A stretch of DNA of 64,000 nt from Lachnospiraceae bacterium (GTDB lineage Bacteria; Bacillota; Clostridia; Lachnospirales; Lachnospiraceae): assembly GCA_051877895.1 (NCBI GenBank), contig JBJEJI010000076.1, positions 3,671 through 67,670 on the forward strand, written 5' to 3'. A program made the translations under genes and the position numbers. Each line of letters starts with the position of its first letter. The stretch's first letter is position 1. Positions 11,229 through 21,502 of the stretch are shown here, in pieces. The notes under the pieces are model-generated. The model was not told the DNA's origin and did no database searches. It was given only the letters and a program-made list of their open reading frames with translations.

Positions 11229-11948
11229 ATGAAAATAAATGCATCTAACCTTGACTATAAAGAAATCAATGAAATGATTCGCAGCACCGAAGAAGACTGC
11301 GAAATCACCGAATGCATGGGACAACGTTTCATCGGAGCAGGCATGAGCGGTAAATCAATAAATATTACCGGTACACCGGGTAATGCTCTCGGAGCATACT
11401 TAAACGGTACAGATATTACAGTTTACGGAAATGCCCAGGATGCTGTGGGCGATACCATGAATGCCGGAAAGATTATCATCCACGGAAATATCGGTGATGC
11501 TGCCGGTTATGCCATGAGAGGAGGAGAAATTTTTGTAGAAGGTGATGCCGGATATCGTGCCGGAGTTCACATGAAGGCCTATAAAGAAAAACTTCCGGTT
11601 ATGATTATCGGTGGACGCACCGGAAGCTTTTTAGGAGAATATCAGGCAGGCGGACTAATTATTGTTCTTGGATTACACAAGGACGGAAAGAAAATCGTCG
11701 GTAATTTTCCATCAACCGGTATGCACGGCGGAAAAATATTCTTAAGGGGAGAATGTAAAGATATCATTTTCCCAAATCAGGTATCTGCACTTCCGGCAAC
11801 CAAAGAGGATTTAGAACAAATCAAAAAATATGTGGAAGAATTTTGTGAATTGTTTGGAAAAGACAGCAATGAAATATTAAATTCACCATTTACTGTAATT
11901 ACTCCGGACAGCAAAAATCCATATAAACAAATGTATGTAGCAAACTAA
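11229..11948 (+). CDS. GXGXG-motif protein (glutamate synthase alpha-subunit C-terminal domain homologue)
   Basis: 239 aa with repeated G-x-G beta-helix motifs (GTPGNALGAYLNG, GNAQDAVGDTMNAG, GNIGDAAGYAMRGG, GDAGYRAG). It starts 1 nt after the upstream stop. Confidence 0.88.
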   Translation: MKINASNLDYKEINEMIRSTEEDCEITECMGQRFIGAGMSGKSINITGTPGNALGAYLNGTDITVYGNAQDAVGDTMNAGKIIIHGNIGDAAGYAMRGGEIFVEGDAGYRAGVHMKAYKEKLPVMIIGGRTGSFLGEYQAGGLIIVLGLHKDGKKIVGNFPSTGMHGGKIFLRGECKDIIFPNQVSALPATKEDLEQIKKYVEEFCELFGKDSNEILNSPFTVITPDSKNPYKQMYVAN

Positions 11949-11962
11949 AAAAGTAATACAAA

Positions 11963-11993
11963 GTGAAAAAACGGGCACTACCCGTTTTTTCAC
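11963..11993 (+). terminator. intrinsic terminator between the glt operon and glnA
   Basis: gtgaaaaaacggg-cacta-cccgttttttcac forms a 13-bp stem with a T-tract. It ends about 15 nt before the glnA RBS. Confidence 0.75.
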
Positions 11994-12017
11994 GTTTATT
12001 TTGAAATGGAGGATAAT

Positions 12018-13229
12018 ATGAAATACTCAGCTACAGAAGTAGTTCAATATATTTTAGAAGAAGATGTCAAGTTTATCAGACTTGCTTTCTGTGATATTTT
12101 CGGAATACAAAAAAACATATCAATTATGCCGGGAGAACTTGAACGTGCATTCAAATACGGCATCGCAATTGATGCATCTGCCGTTAACGGATTTGGTGGC
12201 GATGTACATTCTGATTTATTTCTCTTACCTGACCCATCAACTCTGGCAGTTTTGCCTTGGAGACCTGAGCACGGCCGTGTTGTCAGAATGTTTTGTGATA
12301 TTGTTTATCCGGACGGAAAACCTTTTGAATGTGATTCAAGAAAAATATTGATTAATGCAATACAATATGCTAAAGAAGAAGGCTATTCCTTTTCTTTCGG
12401 CTCAGAAATGGAATTTTATCTCTTTAAGCTGGATGAAGATGGCAACCCAACTTCTATTCCATATGACCATGCAGGATATATGGATATAGCTCCTGACGAT
12501 AAGGGTGAAAATGTTCGTAGAGAAATATGCCTGACTTTAGAACAGATGGGAATAAGTCCTGAAAGTTCGCATCATGAGGAAGGTCCCGGACAGAATGAAA
12601 TTGATTTCCGTTATTCCGATCCTTTAACAGCTGCTGATAATGCGGTAACCTTTTGCTCGGTTGTTAAAACCATTGCTGCCAGAAACGGTCTGTGTGCAGA
12701 CTTTTCACCAAAGCCACTTTGCAACAACCCGGGTAATGGTATGCATATTAATATTTCAGCAAAAGGGAGTACAAAAGAAGATATTCTGCCAAAGATTATT
12801 GCAGGAATACTGAAGAATATAAAGGCAATGACTGTATTTCTCAATCCTTCGGAAAATTCTTACAAAAGATTAGGAAACAACAAAGCTCCTCGCTATATTT
12901 CCTGGTCTACAGAAAACCGTTCACAGCTTATAAGAGTACCTGCTGCACACGGCGAATATAAACGTGTGGAGTTACGTTCTCCCGACCCTTCTGCAAATCC
13001 TTATCTGGCTTATGCCCTTTTGATTTATGCCGGTCTTTCCGGAATAAAAGATAATCTTGATTTGCCTGAAGCAGCTGACATAAATTTATTTACTGCCGAT
13101 GCTGAAAAACTTGCAAAATATGAAACGCTTCCTGCTACTTTAACGGAAGCAACAGAACTGGCTTGTGATAGCGAGTTTATTAAAGCCTATATCCCGTCTT
13201 CTGTTATTGATACTTATTGCAAGAGATAA
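12018..13229 (+). CDS. glnA: glutamine synthetase, type I (short form)
   Basis: The ORF track gives 12006-13229. I prefer ATG at 12018 (MKYSATEVVQYILEEDVKFIRLAFCDIFG) because GGAGG at 12008-12012 overlaps the first ATG. Confidence 0.9.
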   Translation: MKYSATEVVQYILEEDVKFIRLAFCDIFGIQKNISIMPGELERAFKYGIAIDASAVNGFGGDVHSDLFLLPDPSTLAVLPWRPEHGRVVRMFCDIVYPDGKPFECDSRKILINAIQYAKEEGYSFSFGSEMEFYLFKLDEDGNPTSIPYDHAGYMDIAPDDKGENVRREICLTLEQMGISPESSHHEEGPGQNEIDFRYSDPLTAADNAVTFCSVVKTIAARNGLCADFSPKPLCNNPGNGMHINISAKGSTKEDILPKIIAGILKNIKAMTVFLNPSENSYKRLGNNKAPRYISWSTENRSQLIRVPAAHGEYKRVELRSPDPSANPYLAYALLIYAGLSGIKDNLDLPEAADINLFTADAEKLAKYETLPATLTEATELACDSEFIKAYIPSSVIDTYCKR

Positions 13230-13252
13230 ACGCTTTGGAATGGAGGATGCAT

Positions 13253-13833
13253 ATGGATTTAAAAGAACGTGTTTACAGCGTCCTTTTGGTTTCTTCAGGT
13301 GAAAAGTTCAACGATTCCCTTTTGAAATTACTTCCCGAAACCAAATATACTCCGATTCATATTGTAGATAACATCAGTGCCGCCAAGCGTATAGTACTGG
13401 AAAGGTTCTACGATTTTGTAATCGTTAACACCCCTCTTCCTGACGAATTTGGCACACGTTTTGCCATCGATGTATGTAGCGAAAAGGGAACTGTTGCCCT
13501 TCTTCTGGTGAAGAATGACATGTACGGCGAGACCACTGTCCGTGTTGTAAATTATGGAGTATTAACTTTACCAAAACCAATATCCGTTCCCATGATTTCT
13601 CAGGCACTTGACTGGATGTGTTCTACCAGAGAACGACTCCGTAAACTGGAGAAAAAATCTTTGACTATAGAAGAAAAAATGAATGAAATCCGTCTGGTCA
13701 ACAGAGCTAAATGGATTCTGATTGAATCTCTCAAAATGACCGAAGAGGATGCTCATCATTTTATAGAACGGCAGGCAATGGATAACTGCACTACCAAAAA
13801 GGAAATAGCTGAAAATATAATTAAAACCTATTC

Positions 13834-13837
<4 letters not shown>
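13253..13837 (+). CDS. ANTAR-domain response regulator (NitR/AmiR-like RNA-binding antiterminator)
   Basis: The ORF track gives 13217-13837. I prefer ATG at 13253, 6 nt after GGAGG. It has an N-terminal receiver-like domain and a C-terminal ANTAR signature (IRLVNRAKWILIESLKMTEEDAHHFIERQAMDNCTTKKEIAENII). Confidence 0.85.
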
Positions 13838-15715
<1,878 letters not shown>

Positions 15716-15900
15716 TTAAAAGTAATTCGTTTCTTTTTCTCACAAGTGTTATTTTTACATAAAGAAGCATTTTTTTCAAGCATTATTATTCTTTTTTTAT
15801 GCTTTTTGTGAACCACATCCTAAAAAGTCAAAAAAGTACACAACCACGGGAAGCTATTTTTGCTTTAAAGTACAGACAATCTGTGTTATAAAATAAGTAA

Positions 15901-15928
15901 GGGCATGGAAACAAATATCTCCATGCCC
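15901..15928 (-). terminator. intrinsic terminator after the beta-helix protein gene
   Basis: Minus strand reads gggcatggagatatttgtttccatgccc followed by a T-rich tail. Confidence 0.7.
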
Positions 15929-15940
15929 TAAAATGATTAA

Positions 15941-17893
15941 TTATAATTCTTCACCGGTGCGGGTATCTTCATACAATGAACTATCAATATCACTGTTCAT
16001 GTTACCTCTCATGCCGTCATGCATTCCACCATGCATACCGCCATTCATGCCACCATTCATGCCGCTGCTACCATATGATGTAATTCCGCTTTCCAGTGTC
16101 AGTGTGGCAATTTCACTTCCTCCGCTGTATGTGCCACCGTTTTCCAAAACACTTTCAAAAGCTTCACTATAAGTTCCACCGGAGAGAACAGTTACCACAT
16201 CTCCCTCATTCATGTCAGGAGTAATCAGTGTAAAGTGGTTATAATTCTTTGCGGCCTCAAAACAGTACAGATAATCTTCGGATTGCACACAAACAATATC
16301 TCCTGCAGATAAGTTCTGTGTCAGTGTAACATTAACTCCTGTAACCGCACAACTGCTTGGTATCATAGCCATGCCGCTCATATCCATAACGAGCAGTGTT
16401 CCCGACTTGAATTCAAAGCCTGAAGCATAATCCAGTCCTCCGTTTCCGCTGTTTGCAGGACCATATATGATAACACTTCCGCCATCCATATAGAGATTTC
16501 CGTTTGAATCAAGTCCGTCACCGCCGCAATCTATAAAAATATTGGAATTCTCAAGACGAACAAAGATCTCGTAATCACTTTCAGTTATGGTGGTCTGATT
16601 TCTAACAGAATCTGCTGCATTCTGTCCATCCTGAGGCATCATGATTCCCTCTTTCCCGTCAGGGAGTGTCATTTCTCCATCCGCACCGCCAGGAGGCGTC
16701 ATGTCCCCGTCCATGCCGTCAGGAAGTATCATTTCTCCATCCGCACCGCCAGGAGGCGTCATATTACCTTCCATGCCGCCCTGCTGGAATTTTCCACCCT
16801 GCATAGGGTCTTTGCCACCCATGCCATTATCAAAGAACTGGTTGCCACCAAAATCCCATTCATCCGATGCACCGTTTGTAGCATTTATGGCATCATCATC
16901 AGAATATATGGTCACGTCGCAGCCGGTAAGGGTTATCTGCCAGCCTTCAATTCCTTCGTTGGATTCTTCCACATATATGGCTGCATTCCGGCACATAATT
17001 GCTGCATCTGCATGAATTCCATCATCTCCGGAAGCAAGTGTATAGGAGCCTGCCGTAAGGAAAATATTTCCATTGCTGTGAATAGTATCATCCTCAGACT
17101 CTGCATTAATCTCAGAACTGTCTGCAACAATTTTGTCTTTTCCAAGTATTGCTTTTCCCTTTGCCCATATATCCAGCTTTGCATCTGCAATGTAAAGAGC
17201 ATCCTTACCGCTTATTCCCTGTTCACAGTTACCATTTACCGTAAGCTCTCCCGTACCACAGATTAACAAATCTGATTTGGAATACAGACAGGCATTAGGC
17301 ACAAGGTCCGCCTCTGCCGAATAATCATCGGAATAATCATATGTTGTACCGTCTGTAATGGAATTTACGGTTCCTTCCGCAAGTACTATTGTCAGCTTTG
17401 CCGCCTTATATGCGTATATTGCACTACTATATGAGCATGTAATATCCGCACCGCTTAATCGTATATAAACCTCTTCATCCTTGGCATCAATTAAAATACG
17501 TCCTTCTGCCAGTGTGCCCGAGATGTCATACTGTCCGCCATCCAGAATAATAATATCGTTTCCGGATATTTTCACTCCATCTCCTTCTACAGTTGCCTGT
17601 GAAGGATTTTCCGCATTTCCAAACGCAATCGTTGTGGTGCGTACTGATTCATCCCATTTATAGCTTTCTGTTTCTTCCATTTCGTCTGCCGGCTCAATTA
17701 CCGTTTGTGTATCCTGAGTAGTATCAGAAGCGGTATCCTCCGAACCGGTCTGATTAGTATCAGAAGTTGAGTTTTCTGAGCCTTTCTGACTGTTTTCGTT
17801 CTCATCATCGCTAAATATAACGAAGGCACCTACAATAACTGCCAGAAGAACAATAATGACTACTATCATAGCCAGTTTAATATTACGTTTCAT
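15941..17893 (-). CDS. membrane-anchored repeat protein with a Cthe_2159-like carbohydrate-binding/parallel beta-helix region and Met/His/Gly-rich repeats
   Basis: The ORF track gives 15941-17929. I prefer M13 (MKRNIKLAMIVV...) after GGAGG. It has one N-terminal TM helix, repeated DDxIHx/DGIHAD-like motifs, a 20-aa tandem repeat GGADGEM(I/T)LPDG..., and a C-terminal GMNGGMNGGMHGGMHDGMRGNMN. Confidence 0.7.
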   Translation of the reverse strand: MKRNIKLAMIVVIIVLLAVIVGAFVIFSDDENENSQKGSENSTSDTNQTGSEDTASDTTQDTQTVIEPADEMEETESYKWDESVRTTTIAFGNAENPSQATVEGDGVKISGNDIIILDGGQYDISGTLAEGRILIDAKDEEVYIRLSGADITCSYSSAIYAYKAAKLTIVLAEGTVNSITDGTTYDYSDDYSAEADLVPNACLYSKSDLLICGTGELTVNGNCEQGISGKDALYIADAKLDIWAKGKAILGKDKIVADSSEINAESEDDTIHSNGNIFLTAGSYTLASGDDGIHADAAIMCRNAAIYVEESNEGIEGWQITLTGCDVTIYSDDDAINATNGASDEWDFGGNQFFDNGMGGKDPMQGGKFQQGGMEGNMTPPGGADGEMILPDGMDGDMTPPGGADGEMTLPDGKEGIMMPQDGQNAADSVRNQTTITESDYEIFVRLENSNIFIDCGGDGLDSNGNLYMDGGSVIIYGPANSGNGGLDYASGFEFKSGTLLVMDMSGMAMIPSSCAVTGVNVTLTQNLSAGDIVCVQSEDYLYCFEAAKNYNHFTLITPDMNEGDVVTVLSGGTYSEAFESVLENGGTYSGGSEIATLTLESGITSYGSSGMNGGMNGGMHGGMHDGMRGNMNSDIDSSLYEDTRTGEEL

Positions 17894-17928
17894 AATATCC
17901 TCCATTTCCTGCAGGCCGGAGTTCAACA

Positions 17929-18606
17929 TTAAATGGCATTTTCATCCACTTCCGGTCTTCCAAGCATTACTTCCAGATTTCCGTTTCTTTCCCTTATTGC
18001 ATCAAGAAATTCTTTCTGCTTATCTGTATTTTTCAGAACAATCTCATATTTAAGCTTATACATGCTGCCCATATTTGTGGTTCTGACCTTACAAAGCTCT
18101 GCATTCTTTGTATACTCTGAAAAAAGATCATCAAAGATTTCTGTATAATCCAGATTTTCCGGAATAACAATGGTGAGAGTCTTTACATTCTCTGCCGGAG
18201 TTCCCAGACCCATTGTAAGATATAATATGGAAAGCAGGGAAACCACTACAGTAAAAAGAATTGCCACTCCAATGTATCCTGTTCCGCAGCAAAGACCGAT
18301 TACCATGGCAAAGAAAATGCTGCCGATTTCCTTAGCGGTTCCCGGCTGGGAACGAAATCTTGTCAGACTGAAGGCTCCCGCCACTGCAATTCCGGTACCG
18401 ATATTTCCGTTTACCATTAATATTATAATGGTTACCATTACGGGAAGCAGGGAAAGTGTAATCACATAACTCTGAGAACATTTTGTTCTGTACATATGTA
18501 CCAGAGCAATACAAAGTCCCAGAATCAATGCAGTTACAAAACACAGAAGAAAACTTGTAAAATTAATTCCTGTAGCACCTATTACCGAATTTAATATTTT
18601 ATCCAT
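17929..18606 (-). CDS. DUF4956-like polytopic membrane protein with a C-terminal soluble domain
   Basis: 225 aa with 4-5 predicted TM helices followed by an ~85-aa hydrophilic domain. The family assignment is from memory of the usual VTC-DUF4956 gene pairing. Confidence 0.65.
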   Translation of the reverse strand: MDKILNSVIGATGINFTSFLLCFVTALILGLCIALVHMYRTKCSQSYVITLSLLPVMVTIIILMVNGNIGTGIAVAGAFSLTRFRSQPGTAKEIGSIFFAMVIGLCCGTGYIGVAILFTVVVSLLSILYLTMGLGTPAENVKTLTIVIPENLDYTEIFDDLFSEYTKNAELCKVRTTNMGSMYKLKYEIVLKNTDKQKEFLDAIRERNGNLEVMLGRPEVDENAI

Positions 18607-18630
18607 TTATTATTAATCCTCCTCAGTTAC

Positions 18631-19332
18631 TTACTTTAGGTAAAATGTTTTGTATGCCATTCCATACTTAGAAAAAGATACGGGATATATCTGAAGTTCT
18701 TCCAGAATTCTGACAAATGACAGTGGCAATGAAGTACATGTCTTAACTTCCATAAGCACCTGTCCATCTGTAAAAAGTCTTTTCCCATCCGGTGTATCAA
18801 AAAATGTAATGTTATCCGTTCTCCATTGTATGTCAAAGTCAAAGGTCAGTCTTACATTTCTGTCATTTTCCAAAACGTAAGAAAGTCTTTTATAACTCAG
18901 ATACATTGCCGGCACAAGGTTTCCATAATACCTTACAAACCATGCCAGTTCCCTTGCAATCTGGGAGTCCGGTTTATCCGGCGGATTAGCAAGAAATTCC
19001 TGAGCCCTGACTACATTCATTTTTTCTCTTCGTTTATAAACAATTCCGTTGTACTTTTTCTTGATTTCCAGATAAGCATCGCTTTCCGGTGTAACCCGGT
19101 TATAACACCGTAGTCTGAGTTTTTCCTTATAAACCGGCTTATCGACAGACTCCCTTATGAGCCTGTAATTCGGGGTATCATAGTAAATGTTCTGAACCAT
19201 ACAGCTAAAATATTCATCCGGTATTAAAGCCGTGCCAAGCTTCTCTTTTAAGTTACGGAACTGCTCAGCCGTAAGCAGATACTTTCTTTCGCATCTTTTA
19301 AAAATTCTTATATCACTCATTTTGTCTGCCAC
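18631..19332 (-). CDS. VTC-domain (polyphosphate polymerase-like, triphosphate-tunnel) protein
   Basis: 233 aa. The FKRCERKYLL N-terminus and alternating K/R/E beta-strand pattern (YLEIKKKYNGIVYKRR, LMEVK) are typical of CYTH/VTC tunnel folds. The start is uncertain (GTG at 19332 or ATG at 19320). Confidence 0.7.
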   Translation of the reverse strand: MADKMSDIRIFKRCERKYLLTAEQFRNLKEKLGTALIPDEYFSCMVQNIYYDTPNYRLIRESVDKPVYKEKLRLRCYNRVTPESDAYLEIKKKYNGIVYKRREKMNVVRAQEFLANPPDKPDSQIARELAWFVRYYGNLVPAMYLSYKRLSYVLENDRNVRLTFDFDIQWRTDNITFFDTPDGKRLFTDGQVLMEVKTCTSLPLSFVRILEELQIYPVSFSKYGMAYKTFYLK

Positions 19333-19383
19333 AAATCCTTGAAGGTACTCTTCGGATTTCCATCTTTCCTACTGTGTATCTGT

Positions 19384-19432
19384 ATAATAAAGTATGAAAC
19401 TAAAATTTAGTTAATGTTTTACCTAATGTTTA
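19384..19432 (-). promoter_or_regulatory. promoter of the VTC operon with three ~11-bp direct repeats (TAAACATTAGG TAAAACATTAAC TAAATTTTAGT)-9 nt-TATTAT
   Basis: Read directly on the minus strand. The proximal box and its 9-nt distance to the -10 hexamer match the response-regulator promoter at 21426-21451. Confidence 0.5.
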
Positions 19433-20719
19433 CTTAAAATTTACACGAAAAAGTATACTTTTACAATCCTCTGTTTCCACATTTATAGACATATTTTTAT
19501 GAGAAGCAACAATTGCCTCTGCCACAGAGAGTCCGATTCCGCTTCCGCCGGTTTCTCTGCTTCTGGATTTATCGATACGATAAAATCTTTCAAACAGTTT
19601 TGGCAATTCATCCCTGTTAAAACTATGGCAGGTGTTATATATTTCCAGTGTAGTATTTTTATGACCACTTTTCAGGCTGACACAGATTTTACCCTTTTCG
19701 TTAACATATTTAACTGCATTGTCCATAAGTATGGAAATAAGCTGTCTTACACCTGCCTCATCTCCATTAAAAAGAATTCCCTCCTCAAAGCTGCTTTCAA
19801 AAGTAACCCCTTTATTTTCTGCCGGTGTTTTAAAGGACAGTGCCACATCTGCTGCGGCATCACTTAGATTGAATTCCTCGGTAACGAATTTAATGCGGTC
19901 CTCATCCATTTTTGCAAGATAAACCATATCATTTACCAGCTTTGTCATTCTTCGGGTCTGTTTTTTAATGCTGTCTGTCCATTCATTTTTTCCTTCAGTC
20001 AGTTCAAGCACCTCAAGATTTGCCAGAATAATAGTCAGTGGTGTCTTTAATTCATGACTGGCATCGGTAATAAACTGCTTCTGCTTTGCATTACTTTCCA
20101 CAACAGGCTTAACCACTTTTTGGGAAAGAATACTCAGAATAATCACTTCAACCACAAGGCTTATAAAAGCCACTGCAACGGAAATCATCAAAAGCTCCCT
20201 GCAGCCTGTATATTCCTTGGAACAATCCAGATAGACAAGCATTTTTGAATCGGAAGAAGTTATAATTCGGTAATAATAATCACCGTCCCAGCCCTTTTCT
20301 TTGCCGGAAGAAATGATTTCTTCCGTAACTGAAACCGCTGTTTCTTCATTAAACCTTGCTGTATTGTCCAAATTGACTGTTGTTATATCTCCGGAAGTAT
20401 CTATTGTTGCAGTAAAAAACCTGGTTATATATTTGGTTTCCTCTGACAAATCCGGATTATGCTTTTTTATGGCATTGTTATAATCCGGCATTTGGTCTTT
20501 GTTGTCCGGTTTCATTTGAGGCATGGTTTCAAATTCCGGAATTTTTCCACCATTCATGGAAATAAGCTCAATCATTCCGTTAATTGAATCCATAGTATTG
20601 AAATAGTGAACCATATTAATCATGCCTACTACAATAACAGTAACAATAAAGATTGCCAGCATGGCAAACGATACGAAATGTATTCTTAACTGATTTAACA
20701 GTTTTCTGTTGCTCTCCAT
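19430..20719 (-). CDS. sensor histidine kinase
   Basis: The ORF track gives 19430-20827. I prefer M37 (MESNRKLL...), which sits 2 nt after the RR stop and behind AAGGAG. It has two TM helices flanking a ~140-aa extracytoplasmic domain, an H-box SHELKTPLT and an HATPase domain. Confidence 0.9.
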   Translation of the reverse strand: MESNRKLLNQLRIHFVSFAMLAIFIVTVIVVGMINMVHYFNTMDSINGMIELISMNGGKIPEFETMPQMKPDNKDQMPDYNNAIKKHNPDLSEETKYITRFFTATIDTSGDITTVNLDNTARFNEETAVSVTEEIISSGKEKGWDGDYYYRIITSSDSKMLVYLDCSKEYTGCRELLMISVAVAFISLVVEVIILSILSQKVVKPVVESNAKQKQFITDASHELKTPLTIILANLEVLELTEGKNEWTDSIKKQTRRMTKLVNDMVYLAKMDEDRIKFVTEEFNLSDAAADVALSFKTPAENKGVTFESSFEEGILFNGDEAGVRQLISILMDNAVKYVNEKGKICVSLKSGHKNTTLEIYNTCHSFNRDELPKLFERFYRIDKSRSRETGGSGIGLSVAEAIVASHKNMSINVETEDCKSILFRVNFK

Positions 20720-20721
20720 GA

Positions 20722-21396
20722 TTACTCCTTTATTTTCAGTGTATATCCGATTCCTCTGACTGCTGTTATTACAACTATACTTTCCATCTGAGCCAGTTTC
20801 TTTCTGAGTGAAGATATGGTAACCCACACAACATTTAACTCTACATCAGCATCATATCCCCAAATTTTATCTAAAAGTCTTTCTGTGGAAATCAGGGTGC
20901 CGGGCTGACTCATAAAGGTTTCCATAACCTGAAACTCCTTGTGGGTTAATCGGAAACTTCTTCCGTTTCCTGAAAGTGCGGCTGCAGATAAATTCAATTC
21001 AATATCTCCAAATCTGACATTGTCCGGCACAATATCCCCTTTACGTCTGGTAATTGCCCTCAGTCTTGCCAACAATTCCTGCATGACAAAAGGCTTTGGG
21101 AGGTAGTCATCCGCACCTGCATCCAGTCCCTCAATGCGGTCTTCCACTTCTCCTTTTGCAGTCAGAAGAATAACAGGGGTAGAAATGCCTTTCTGACGCA
21201 TTTTTTTCAACGCAGTAAGCCCATCCATGACAGGCATCATAATGTCCAGAATAATACCGTCATACTCTGTATTAACTGCATAATCATATGCATCTGCTCC
21301 ATTATACACCGCATCAACAGTATAATTATTTTTCGTCAGAACCGCCGTTAATGCACTGGACAGGTCCTTTTCATCTTCAGCCAGTAATAATCGCAT
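20722..21396 (-). CDS. OmpR/PhoB-family response regulator
   Basis: The ORF track gives 20722-21408. I prefer M5 (MRLLLAEDE...). It has a receiver domain and a winged-helix C-terminus. Confidence 0.92.
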   Translation of the reverse strand: MRLLLAEDEKDLSSALTAVLTKNNYTVDAVYNGADAYDYAVNTEYDGIILDIMMPVMDGLTALKKMRQKGISTPVILLTAKGEVEDRIEGLDAGADDYLPKPFVMQELLARLRAITRRKGDIVPDNVRFGDIELNLSAAALSGNGRSFRLTHKEFQVMETFMSQPGTLISTERLLDKIWGYDADVELNVVWVTISSLRKKLAQMESIVVITAVRGIGYTLKIKE

Positions 21397-21425
21397 ATTA
21401 GCCCCCATAACATTTATTTTTTATG

Positions 21426-21451
21426 ATTATAACATTTCTAACTAAATTTTA
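21426..21451 (-). promoter_or_regulatory. promoter of the two-component system: box TAAAATTTAGT-9 nt-TATAAT (TGt extended -10)
   Basis: Minus strand reads gtaaactgtttaagtaaaatttagttagaaatgttataat. Confidence 0.5.
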
Positions 21452-21470
21452 CTTAAACAGTTTACAAAAA

Positions 21471-21497
21471 ACCGGATGAGTTTTTTGCTCATCCGGT
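21471..21497 (-). terminator. intrinsic terminator after the HTH-cupin-acyl-CoA synthetase gene
   Basis: Minus strand reads accggatgagcaaaaaactcatccggt followed by TTTTTT. Confidence 0.8.
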
Positions 21498-21502
21498 ATT
21501 AA

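Noticed and set aside
12006-12017. Longer N-terminal extensions given by the ORF track for many genes (glnA, the ANTAR regulator, HK, RR, ABC ATPase, pgi, rpmE, rplJ, rplA, prmC, rho and others)
   Set aside because: In each case an internal ATG with a properly spaced GGAGG-type RBS, a conserved protein N-terminus or removal of an implausible gene overlap supports the shorter form. The upstream in-frame codons are read-through of intergenic sequence.
16641-17015. 124-aa plus-strand ORF with PSAPPGGV repeats, and the 79-aa ORF at 15933-16172
   Set aside because: Both are shadow ORFs antisense to the repeat regions of the beta-helix protein gene. The repeats keep the reverse frame open.
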